Of a DNA stretch of 64,000 nucleotides, positions 54,571 to 64,000 are shown one piece after another. Position 1 is the first letter of the stretch. Each line of letters begins with the position of its first letter. A model generated the notes under the pieces. The model made no database searches. It was given only the letters and a program-made list of their open reading frames with translations, and was not told the DNA's origin. This DNA is from an uncultured Nitrososphaeraceae archaeon (GTDB lineage: Archaea; Thermoproteota; Nitrososphaeria; Nitrososphaerales; Nitrososphaeraceae): the NCBI GenBank assembly GCA_963765895.1, contig CAVXZB010000048.1, forward strand, positions 1-64,000, written 5' to 3'. The position numbers and the translations under genes were made by a program.

Positions 54571-54957
54571 TTACTTACTTCTCTTTTTTGTCCAACTTAA
54601 TCTCTTATTATTCAATAACTCAAAATTTTCATAGATATGAGGTCTCTTGGTTCTCATTCCTTCTACTGTTGGTTTGGCTTTATTCCAAAAAGGAGTAGGA
54701 TTGAATGTATCAAAATAGAGGTTTTGATCCATCAAACCATGACTTACAAGAACACCCGATAATTCAAAAAAACCACATACAGCTATGAAGTAGGACCGTT
54801 CACTAGAAGCACCAGGATATTATTCCAAATATTCATAGTCCTTTGCATCCAGTCCTTCCAGAAATCATAAGATAGCATTTCTATGGTTATCATATATTTG
54901 ATATAGATTTAGTAAGGTGTCTGTGTTGCTGGCTCTGGGATCACCTTTACTTTTCAT
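54571..54957 (-). pseudogene. DUF4760-like protein with internal stops
   Basis: TLLNLYQIYD...FIAVCGFFELSGVLVSHGLMDQNLYFD..PFWNKAKP..R..RPHIYENFELL. Confidence 0.6.
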
Positions 54958-55004
54958 TCTGTACTTCTAATCCATATCTACATTTACTCTGGCAGTTAAA
55001 ACTT

Positions 55005-55080
55005 GTGATATGCTTCCATATTGTTATTAGAAGACACTTTCTGACATCATTTATGTTGGACTTAAGTGTCGCTGCGATTT
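55005..55080 (+). repeat. Dispersed repeat, copy I (degenerate)
   Basis: GTGATATGCTTCCATATTGTTATTAGAAGACACTTTCTGACATCATTTATGTTGGA. Confidence 0.6.
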
Positions 55081-55179
55081 CGATTTAAACCCCTAATAAT
55101 TAGATTAGAACTTTTGTGTTCCTTAGGTACCAGATAGGAATATATCAGGCAGTATTATTTCCACCAACGCATCTATAAT

Positions 55180-55637
55180 AACTGGGAGATTTACTGGTAA
55201 AGTCTGTACTCATATAGCTGAGCGAGCATGCATACCTACTTTTGGGCCATACAATGTAAGGATTAATCAGAAAAGCCATCAGCTACATCAGCTGTCTTGG
55301 TAAATCCCTCTACTGTATTTATCATAACTCTAACCTGGAGCCATGCTGCCACTTTGTCTAGTCTACCTAGTTCATGTTTAAGGCTGCCTAATATCGATAA
55401 ACAAGCTAATTTTGCAGATTCATATCCTTGCTCAACAGACACATCGTTTGTTCCTACCTTGCCATAAGGTCCAGCAGCAACAGAACCATCATGATTTTGC
55501 GGTCAATGACCTAAGATATATGCTTTATCTCCTCGAAGCCGAACCCATACAGAAGGGGTTTTAACGTCTGATGGTACTTCTAGTGATTGTGGAATTTTGA
55601 GAGCAAGAGAATTAAGTTTAGATTCTATTTGATCCAT
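55180..55637 (-). pseudogene. RidA/YjgF-family protein with stops/frameshift
   Basis: MDQIESKL..GKVG..VSVEQGYESAKLACLSILGSLKHELG.LDKVAAW..VADGFSD. Confidence 0.75.
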
Positions 55638-55685
55638 GTAGCTACTATTATATTTCAATAATAGGGTTATTATTAAGTTCTGGAA

Positions 55686-56272
55686 CTATGTTAAAAATAT
55701 AATTTTATTATTTGATTCCCCTTTATTCATTTCAGATAGTAATGTTTGTAAATTGAGTGGCAACGCATCCATAACCAGCCGCCCTTCAGTATCTCGTGGC
55801 CATTCTTCGGAGGGCCTATCGCGATAGATTTCTATGCCATTATTTTTAGGATCTCGTAGATATAACGACTCAGTTACTAAATGGTCTGCAAACCCATCGA
55901 ACCGCATTCCAGACCCTTTGAGGGCAAGGTAGGTTGGCAGCGAGATCGCCCCTATCTGGAAGGAGTATTGCAAAGTAAAAGAGTCCTGCAGATCTAGGAG
56001 AAGGAATTTTTGCATCTGAACTGTGTTGGAGTGAAATTAGTGGTAAACTCAGATGAACCAGAGAGATGTCTGAAACCCAGGTCATAGATGAAACCTCCAT
56101 GATGGTCCTGGTATTTTCTGATTGGCTGTAAATCAAAATATCCCCCATAAAGCCTTAATTCTCTGTTAATATCCTTGACGAGTAATAATGGAGGTCCAAT
56201 TCTAATTCTACTACTGTACACGTGTCTATCCATAGCATTCACTGTTGAGTTTCCTATTCTACTAGAGGTCAT
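55686..56272 (-). pseudogene. VOC catechol-2,3-dioxygenase (CatE)-like gene, frameshifted over three ORFs
   Basis: RIGPPLLLVKD, SAGLFYFAILLPDR.DLA, GFADHLVTESLYLRDPKNNGIEIYRDRP. Confidence 0.8.
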
Positions 56273-56688
56273 GTATTAACATAAAGATAAGATTGTTTTT
56301 GGGTATTATGCAAGCTAAGATTAGTTTTGGTGTAAATTTTCTAATATTTGTCTGATTTTATTGTCCAGTTATAAAACAGTCAAACTGAGCAAACAAGTGT
56401 AAAAGTAGCTTCACATGCTAAGTTTGTTGGTTCAAGCCTTGACTGCTACATTGCTAGAGAGAATGGTTCTACAGAATGACTGTATACTGACAACGATTAT
56501 GGCTATACTCAATTCTATAAATCAGTGGATACCACTATGATGGGTAGGTTAACCTATGACAAGTTCTTACATTCTGGTTTGACGATCATCATGAAACTAA
56601 ATAGCGTCCATAGAATATCATGGAAAGAGGGGAGATCTTTATCAACGTGTTGGGTCGATCATAAGCATAAGAGAGTGAATCAATAGCC

Positions 56689-58429
56689 TTGGCAAAAAGA
56701 GTCGCAGATATAATAGTCGACTCGCTAATAGCGTCTGGAGTCAGGAGAATATACGGAGTATCTGGAGATTCTTTAAATGGGATTACAGATGCTGTCAGAG
56801 ATCGAGGCAAAGAAAAAATCTCTTGGATTCATGTTCGCCATGAGGAAACAGCTCGCTTTCGGAGCCGGAGCCGAGGCTCACCTTACTCGAGAGCTGGCGG
56901 TATGTGCTGGCAGCTGCGGGCCAGGGAATACGCATTTGATAAATGGACTATACGATTGTTACAGGAGCAGAGTTCCGGTCTTGGCAATTGCTGCACATAT
57001 ACCAAGCAGAGAAATTGGAAGCTCATACTTTCAAGAAACACATCCAGAGCTTTTGTTCAAAGAGTGTAGTCACTATTGCGAGCTTGCCTCACATGCAGAC
57101 CAAATTCCGCGCATTCTTGATATCGCAATAAGGACGGCCCTTTCACTCTCTGGAGTTTCTATCATTGTCCTTCCGGGCGATGTCGCACTACAAGAGGCTG
57201 TATCTGCTAGACCTATTACACGTGTTAAACAATCCAAGGTAGTAATTTGTCCCAGTCCGCAAGGAATTGCGGAGCTTGCAGAAGTTCTCAATTCGGCAGA
57301 AAAGGTGACTATCCTAGGTGGTGCGGGTTGTGCTGGGGCACATTTGGAACTGATCAAGGTTGCAGGCATTTTGCAGGCTCCAATAGTTCATGCTATGAGA
57401 GGAAAGGAGTTCATAGAATATGAAAACCCATACGATGTGGGAATGACTGGATTACTCGGTTTTTCTTCAGGATACTATGCCATTATGAATTCTGACTTGC
57501 TGCTCATGCTTGGCACTGATTTTCCGTATCAGCAATTCTATCCTTCTCATGCATACATAGTTCAGATAGACATTCGAGGCGAACAGATAGGTAGGCGTAC
57601 AAAAGTGGATTTGGGATTAGTCGGAAATGTCTGTGAGACGCTGATAGCATTGATACCATTGCTTAAACAGAAAGAGCCAGACAAAGGTAATCGTCATCTG
57701 AAGAAATCCCTTGACCACTACAGAGAGGCACGGAAGGACTTGGACGCGCATGCAATCGGCAAGATAGGGCAGAAGCCAATACATCCTCAGTACGTGGCAA
57801 AGCTAATTGACGAGCTGGCATCACCTGAGGCGATATTTACCTGTGATGTAGGTACCCCTACCATCTGGGCTGCGCGTTATTTACGCATGAATGGTAAGCG
57901 GAGGCTGCTAGGATCTTTTTCACATGGCTCGATGGCAAATGCTCTGCCACAAGCAATTGGAGCACAAGAAACTTTTCCAGGTCGTCAGGTTATTTGCCTC
58001 TCTGGAGACGGTGGGTTCTCTATGCTCATGGGGGACTTTATCTCATTAAAGCAATTAAAGATGCCTATCAAAGTAGTTATCTTTAATAATAGCTCTCTGA
58101 GTTTTGTAGAACTTGAAATGAAGGCAGCCGGATTCCTCTCCCATGCAACTGATTTGATAGAAACCGATTTCTCAAGGCTGGCTGAAGCGGTTGGAATTTT
58201 GGGGCTACGAGCTGAAAGACCAGAGCAGGTAAAGACGGTACTAAGTCAGGCCTTAGAGCATGAAGGTCCAGCCTTGGTTGATGTAATCGTGAATAGGCAA
58301 GAGTTGGCGATGCCGCCAACGATTACTCGGGAACAAATCAAGGGCTTCACGCTCTATATGATAAAGGCGGTACTGAATGGCAAAGGAGATGAAGTTGTAG
58401 ACCTAGCGAAGACAAACCTGTTCACATAA
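56689..58429 (+). CDS. poxB: Quinone-dependent pyruvate dehydrogenase/oxidase (ThDP); one frameshift near 56853
   Basis: GVSGDSLNG, HVRHEE, GSCGPGN, YFQETHP, GSFSHGSMANA, GDGG(x)nNN, C-terminal DLAKTN. Confidence 0.92.
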
Positions 58430-58659
58430 CATTAACTCTATTCTTTCCTGCTCAATCATTATGCTTGCGACTATATTGATAAACTATTTGACTCTCTATA
58501 TTCAAGAGAGCTGTGGCTTACCTTCATTCAAGCCACACTGCTAGTGTTGATTATCCTCTGATTCAAAAATTTTTTTGTAATTTGTAATTGCGATATTATT
58601 TTCTGAGGGGAAATTACACTACAGAAGTCGGGGATTTTTTTCTTTTTGTAATTGCTATA

Positions 58660-58815
58660 TGCACCTCCTGATAGATATGTAAATGAATTCTTGTTGTCCT
58701 AACCAGACTCGGTTCTATACATTTGATCTCTCAATTCAGAAAAAACCATTTTTAATGCGATATGTTTCATAACGTAAATAGAAGACACTATTCCTAGATG
58801 ACTGGACCCGGGATT
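58660..58815 (+). repeat. Dispersed repeat, copy J (subtype 2)
   Basis: GCACCTCCTGATAGATATG..CTATACATTTGATCTCTCAATTCAGAAAAA..TTTCATAACGTAAATAGAAGACACTATTCC. Confidence 0.85.
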
Positions 58816-58875
58816 TAGAGGTATAACAGACTGTTTATTGGTGTAGGAGAGATGGTAGTTCATCTACTGCTTGAT

Positions 58876-59124
58876 TCAATGATTAAATGTCGTGCTTTGA
58901 CGATGATAAAATTCAACTGCATATACATGCTTGCATTTGGTATTGTGACGAGCGTAATCTGGACATGAACAAACCCATCCAGATTCAGTTGCAATGACAG
59001 TATAAGTGTTATAGCCGGATTTTGATCTTACCCTATAACTTGATTCATTGATCATCGAAATAGCGCCACTTGTTTGGGCTATCAATCTGCCTTGCTCTTC
59101 ACGGTTGACGAGTCGTCTAGGCAT
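58876..59124 (-). CDS. SWIM zinc-finger protein
   Basis: YRVRSKSG..Y.V...WVCSCPDY....CKHVYAV. Confidence 0.85.
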   Translation of the reverse strand: MPRRLVNREEQGRLIAQTSGAISMINESSYRVRSKSGYNTYTVIATESGWVCSCPDYARHNTKCKHVYAVEFYHRQSTTFNH

Positions 59125-59598
59125 GTTTAGCCAACCGTGCGCATCCTAACCGCAGGAATTAGTTTCTCGTCTATTGCCTCATCAAATCTTTTATTAGGAT
59201 ATTCTTGGCATTCTCTTCTGATTCTAGTCACTCCATTCAGGTCTTTCGTGTATATGCGCATCAAAGCGTTTTGCCCATCTTCCCATGTACTCTCGAATCT
59301 CTCTCGAATCTCTCACCAGCATATTCCTTATAAGAATCAGAACCAAAATGCCAGATAGTGACAATCCAAGAATCATGATCTGGAATGGATGATAATGACA
59401 ATGACAGTGATGAGGGCGCGTTCTATATATCGTAGCGTCGCCTATACACAAGTTAATACATTAGAAAGTCGAACCAGAAGTATAGCAAGGTAGGAAACGA
59501 TAGAGCTCGAGATCCTAATTTGGTAATTCACTGAAAATATTATTTGATAACGTTACTTGATCTAGCCTATTTGTGCGGCGAAATGTCAGTGTAGTAGA

Positions 59599-60177
59599 TT
59601 ACTTGTATCTATTTTCTAGATCGTTTCCATATTTCTGAATTAATTTGCGTACTTTGGGATTAATGACAACACTGCAATATGGAGCATCCTGATGTTCCTC
59701 ATAGTAATTTTTGTGGTAATCCTCTGCAACATAAAAGTTTTTAAAAGCAGTAATTTCAGTCACAATTGGATTTTTGTAAACATCCGCTTTTTCAAGATCC
59801 CTTTTTGACTTCTCGGCAATTTCTTTTTGTTTTTGATCATGATAAAAAATTGCAGATCTATACTGTGTGCCAACATCGTTGCCTTGTCTATTAAGAGTAG
59901 TTGGATCATGAGTATGCCAGAAAACATCAAGGATTTTTTCATAAGGTATCACTGTTGGATCAAATTCTATTTGAATTGACTCTGTATGCCCTGTTTTTCC
60001 TGTACATACTTGCTCATAAGAAGGATTTTCTACTATTCCTCCTGAATATCCAGGTAGAACCGATTTGACGCCTTTGAGCCTTTTGAAGATTGCTTCGCTA
60101 CACCAAAAACACCCATTAGCAAGCGTTGCTATTTGCACTGTCATGTTATTGTCATTGTCACTGTCATTATTATTCAT
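59599..60177 (-). CDS. msrA: Peptide methionine sulfoxide reductase A
   Basis: GCFWC, GYSGG, NPSYEQVC, HDPTTLNRQGNDVGTQYRS, AEDYH..Y, PYC. Confidence 0.96.
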   Translation of the reverse strand: MNNNDSDNDNNMTVQIATLANGCFWCSEAIFKRLKGVKSVLPGYSGGIVENPSYEQVCTGKTGHTESIQIEFDPTVIPYEKILDVFWHTHDPTTLNRQGNDVGTQYRSAIFYHDQKQKEIAEKSKRDLEKADVYKNPIVTEITAFKNFYVAEDYHKNYYEEHQDAPYCSVVINPKVRKLIQKYGNDLENRYK

Positions 60178-60298
60178 GTATTATTCTCTTAGGTAGCCGT
60201 CTAGCCCGCCTTAAATGGCGATTTTCAAATTGAAATATGAATAGTGCCATTGAGGAAAAGCGTATTCTCGGCATCCGAGGACTTAACATAGTCACCCA

Positions 60299-60425
60299 GA
60301 ATATTTATAATCTGGCGCGCCGCACATCTGTATTATAAGACAGTGTTTCCGATATAATTACACGGGACATGTCAAAATCCGATACTGTCCGATGTGTTAA
60401 GACTTGGCTATAGATTGAATTAGAG
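60299..60425 (+). repeat. Dispersed repeat, copy K (subtype 1)
   Basis: AATATTTATAATCTGGCGCGCCGCACATCTGTATTATAAGAC..TTCCGATATAATTA..AAAATCCGATACTGTCCGATGTGTTAA; 29 bp identical to copy G. Confidence 0.92.
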
Positions 60426-60451
60426 GACAGATTATTAGGTTATAATATAAT

Positions 60452-60855
60452 TTAACTCAATGTTCTTCTAAAAACTTCTTCAAATTGTTAACTTCTATAT
60501 CAAATCCTTTAAGTTGTTCCTGAAACTAATCATCTAAAAGTCCATCTGGTCTCATAAACATCCATGTGGTCGTAGAACCTTCCTCATTAGGGACTACTCT
60601 CATGTATACATTCCATTCTAATCCTCCACCTACAAATGTATGGTCAAGTATCCCCAGATTTTGAAATGGTTTGACTTTTACCTTTGATTTACCTGAAACA
60701 ATATGATCAAACTGCCACCAATCATCATCACCTCTCGTAACTGATTTTATTGCACCTCCTTTCTCCATATTCTTCACATAAGAAAAGAATTCAAATACAT
60801 GATTTGCAGGTTTGTTAACGGTTAGGACTTTTACAATAACTTGCTTGGGAGCCAT
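60452..60855 (-). pseudogene. SRPBCC-like protein with a premature stop at 60526
   Basis: GILDHTF..W.V.MRVVPNEEGST...RPDGLLDD*FQEQLKGFDIEVNNLKK. Confidence 0.7.
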
Positions 60856-61444
60856 GGTCTACTATGACATCCGTTTAGTAGGATATTTATTCCTTAATTC
60901 CATCCAGGAATGGTTAGTACATTTGATTATACCCATTGGCGGCAACCTATGAATTAATCGATAATTAGATACTCGCCAGTCACCACCATTATAACGTTCG
61001 GGCAGACCGGCGCAATCTGACCAGCGGTTTAAAATGGCTCAAGCCTACCTAGGTACGCATGCCAACCAGGGACAAAACGTAAAGCAGGTTCCTCCGCGAA
61101 AATTTGTCTTGCAGAGTTTAAGAGTTCACTGACCAGTCTGTTATTATCGGTCCATATATTGTTTCAATAATTTGTGGTGATAATCAAATTAGAATGTGAA
61201 ACTTGCTTAACCAAAGTGACATTTATTGTGCTTGACTCAGCAAGTGAAAAATTTTAAGGAGTTTAATATGCCTCATTTGCTTATTATGGCCTTCGTATCT
61301 AGAAGCTCGAGATCTTAGTCTCTTCTCTTACCTCATAATGATTAATAATTAGAAACGCTTGGGGTTACTAAAGCGATAACGACAATCAGTATACTTTTGA
61401 TCCTTTGTATATTTATAAACTGCACTCTATATATTATTGCGAGT

Positions 61445-61937
61445 ATGCAGAAAATAACTCCATGCTTGTGGCTCGATTATAAAGCAGAGGAGGCGAGCAA
61501 AGTTTTATGCCTCCATTTTCAAAAATTCAAAGATTGGTGACGTTACCTACTATGGGAAAGAGGGATACGAGATTCATGGAAGAGAAGAAGGTTCAGTTTT
61601 GACTATGGAATTCGAAATTGAAGGACAAAAATTTGTAGCACTCAATGGTGGCCCAGTATTTAAGTTCAACGAAGCCATTTCATTTCAGATTCATTGTGAG
61701 ACTCAAGAAGAAGTGGACTATTATTGGAAGAAACTTTCTGAGGGTGGCGATGAAAAAGCGCAGCAGTGTGGTTGGCTCAAGGATAAATATGGAGTCTCGT
61801 GGCAAATTGTTCCAATAGCTTTGATCCAGATGCTAAAGGACAAAGACACTGAGAAATCAGAGAGAGTCATGAAGGTAATGCTTCAGATGCATAAGCTCGA
61901 CATAAAAACTCTAAAGCAAGCATATGAAGGAAATTAG
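61445..61937 (+). pseudogene. VOC/PhnB (3-demethylubiquinone-9 3-methyltransferase-like) gene, one frameshift near 61560
   Basis: MQKITPCLW..AEEA.KFY; ALNGGP.FKFNEAISF, CGWLKDKYGVSWQI. Confidence 0.85.
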
Positions 61938-62011
61938 TAAACAGTAAGATAGCAGCAGATCTACAAGAGATATAGGATGCTACTATTAGACCATAGATGG
62001 GTAGCATAGAG

Positions 62012-62100
62012 GGTGATTGATTTCACAACATAAATAGAAGATACTATTCCGATACCTATCTTGGATCTGATAGTATCCGATATTGGTCTAAATTAGATTG
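62012..62100 (+). repeat. Dispersed repeat, copy L (subtype 2, partial)
   Basis: TTTCACAACATAAATAGAAGATACTATTCCGATAC..GGATCTGATAGTATCCGATATTGGTC. Confidence 0.75.
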
Positions 62101-62248
62101 ATAGTGCAAGAATAAGTTATGAGTGCCTAAAATTACCTTTACATTCTATAATGATAATTAATCGCCCGTGCAACAAGGGCTTATTTTTTAATAATATCAG
62201 AGAAAATATGTTTAATTATTTTTATATTTGATCGTCCAATCAATAATT

Positions 62249-62602
62249 ATGGATTACCGTAAGTTATGTGAAGACATTCTTAACTTGGATCCAAGGGTGC
62301 GTTTTGCGGGGGTCTGTGATGATACTGGCGAAATAAAATATGGTGGACAACGCGAAGGTGTTAAGAACTTGCTTATGCCAGAAGAAACAAAAAAATCAAA
62401 CATTCAAGCAATAGCTATGTGGGGATTGCGTAAATCTCTTGCGTCACGAGTTGGAAAAGGTCTATACGCTATGGCTGAATATGAGAAAATAAAGCTTATA
62501 ACGTTTCCACTAGAAAACGATCATTTCCTTCCTGTCACAACAGAGGTAGAGTCAGATCATAACAATATCATAAGCAATGTTCTCAAATTACTGAAAAGCT
62601 GA
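62249..62602 (+). CDS. Roadblock/LC7-like (DUF6659-type) thaumarchaeal protein
   Basis: LCEDILNLDPRVRFAGV..GEIKYGGQREG..GKGLYAMAEYEKIKLITFP. Confidence 0.8.
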   Translation: MDYRKLCEDILNLDPRVRFAGVCDDTGEIKYGGQREGVKNLLMPEETKKSNIQAIAMWGLRKSLASRVGKGLYAMAEYEKIKLITFPLENDHFLPVTTEVESDHNNIISNVLKLLKS

Positions 62603-62689
62603 ATCCAAGTATTGAGAATTTCAAAATTCATTCTGACCTTTTATTAGTAACGATTCATTTAAATGTCTTTTTCTAAAGGACCAACTTAT

Positions 62690-63000
62690 GCCATTGCTAC
62701 AAGTGACAATGCACCACACAACAAATTTCCTATAATCAACCAATGGAGTTTGCAACAGTTTTTCTATCCACCCAGATTTTAGTTGAATTTGTGGTCTGGG
62801 CGCGCTCTCTATTAGTATACCTAGATTGTACGAGTTTTGCATCTATGAGCCATCTTTTAAAATAGCGCAGTAGATAGTTTATCGCAGGCCTTTGACCATC
62901 CCACCTTTGCATGATTGTGACTACCTGCCCGCATTTTGAATTTATCATTCCAGGAATGCTACGATAAGAGGTTTTAATCTTGCTGAAGGAGTATTTGAAG
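62690..63000 (-). pseudogene. Third primase-polymerase (PriX-like) remnant, middle region
   Basis: IPGMINSKC..IMQRWDGQRPAINYLL..F.RWL.D; WIEKLLQTPLVDYRKFVVW. Confidence 0.65.
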
Positions 63001-63035
63001 TATCTATTGCACGCTGAGTACGATATTTTATGGAA

Positions 63036-63977
63036 TCATACTTTTTTAGCCTTCAATAATATATAGTCGATAAGTCCCTGACTAGAATCAACCTTCATTT
63101 CTAAAAGTGATTTGTAAAGAATAGCTTCAAGAAATATTGGGTATTCTCTAACTATCATACTCTTTAATTTATCTCTGTTCTGAATATAATAGTTCGCTAA
63201 TGGCCCATATACATTTTGGCCTATATACTGGATATCTTTGATTTCGAAACCATGTGTTTTAACTATCGATTTGACGTATTCTAACTTGTAATGTTCTGAG
63301 ACCCAGGTTACAGATAGTATTCCAAGTTTTATAAAAAGTGGTAATGATAACAGATTAGAGGCATTTGCTATAACTGGCATTGCCAATACCATAAGTCCGG
63401 AGGGTTCTAAGACCCTATTTGATTCTTGTATAAATTGTATCAATGGTTTAAAATGCTGCGCAGATTCTAAAGCAATTACTCTATCTACAGAAGTATTTCT
63501 AATTGGTAACATTGTGGAGGTCGCATTTATATGAAATATATTATTATTTCTTAAACTCTTTAGTGGGACTAACCCCACGCCATAATCTATTGTTTGACTA
63601 TTTGACTTGAAAGCGACAGCAATCTTTAATTGTTCTAAATTTATATTTATACATAGGATTTTCAGGAAACTATATTGTGATTTCCATTGAAGTGCAGGAG
63701 CAGAATATCCGCTCCCAACATCTACTAATCTTGTTGCTGTCTGCAAGGAAGCAAATTCTCCAATCATTTTAGAAAGTCTATATTGTGCCTGCAAAGGATA
63801 TTGAGTCTTGTCATCCCAATATCCAAAATTGAGCATATTTCCTCCAGTTGTAATTTGCATTAAGCCTGAAAGGGAATTGTAAAGATTGATAACATCATGT
63901 TCATTGCGTCTAAGAGTAGATAGAAATAGTTTAAGTAGATTAGTCAAAGGCAATATCAAAGCGATAGACAATTTCAC
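63036..63977 (-). CDS. Class I SAM-dependent methyltransferase (sterol/tocopherol C-MT-like)
   Basis: MLNFGYW, LQAQ, VDVGSG, DRVIALESAQHF, RVLEPSG. Confidence 0.88.
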   Translation of the reverse strand: MKLSIALILPLTNLLKLFLSTLRRNEHDVINLYNSLSGLMQITTGGNMLNFGYWDDKTQYPLQAQYRLSKMIGEFASLQTATRLVDVGSGYSAPALQWKSQYSFLKILCININLEQLKIAVAFKSNSQTIDYGVGLVPLKSLRNNNIFHINATSTMLPIRNTSVDRVIALESAQHFKPLIQFIQESNRVLEPSGLMVLAMPVIANASNLLSLPLFIKLGILSVTWVSEHYKLEYVKSIVKTHGFEIKDIQYIGQNVYGPLANYYIQNRDKLKSMIVREYPIFLEAILYKSLLEMKVDSSQGLIDYILLKAKKV

Positions 63978-64000
63978 CTATTTAATTGAAATAGATGAAA

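Noticed and set aside
60990-61110. GC-richer intergenic patch considered as a tRNA/att remnant
   Set aside because: No cloverleaf, T-loop or CCA end recognisable.
13235-62100. Repeat family as a CRISPR array
   Set aside because: Units are 100-250 bp, diverged and kilobases apart; no cas genes.

Overview
The window is two unrelated genomes joined at about position 8,379. Bases 1-8,379 are very GC-rich actinobacterial DNA, probably Geodermatophilaceae. On the - strand it carries argD'-argF-argR-argG-argH-mpg-tyrS, an rrn promoter and a 16S rRNA gene. The CDSs are full of single-base frameshifts that look like uncorrected long-read errors. From about 8,378 onward the DNA is AT-rich and the gene families are those of soil ammonia-oxidising archaea (Nitrososphaeraceae). 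The junction cuts an ORF on both sides and shows no IS end or att site, so it is most likely a chimeric read or assembly. The archaeal 55 kb is an accessory region. It has one intact ISH1-group IS5 element (18-bp TIRs, 8-bp TSD), many single cargo-like genes (MBL fold, beta-CA, ComA-wHTH, SsuA, Csp3-like, SnoaL, VOC, SPFH, PoxB, MsrA, methyltransferase) and many pseudogenes. It also holds remnants of three tyrosine integrases, three PriX-like primase genes and two SWIM-finger genes. The most notable unexplained signal is a family of non-coding repeats up to about 250 bp long. I count 12 copies plus 2 isolated 5' ends between 13.2 and 62.1 kb, all on the same strand, in two subtypes with one mosaic copy. 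The repeats punctuate the cargo genes and abut the primase and SWIM remnants. This suggests a cassette array or tandem-integration hotspot built on a recombination site I do not recognise. That interpretation is inference and needs the checks listed.
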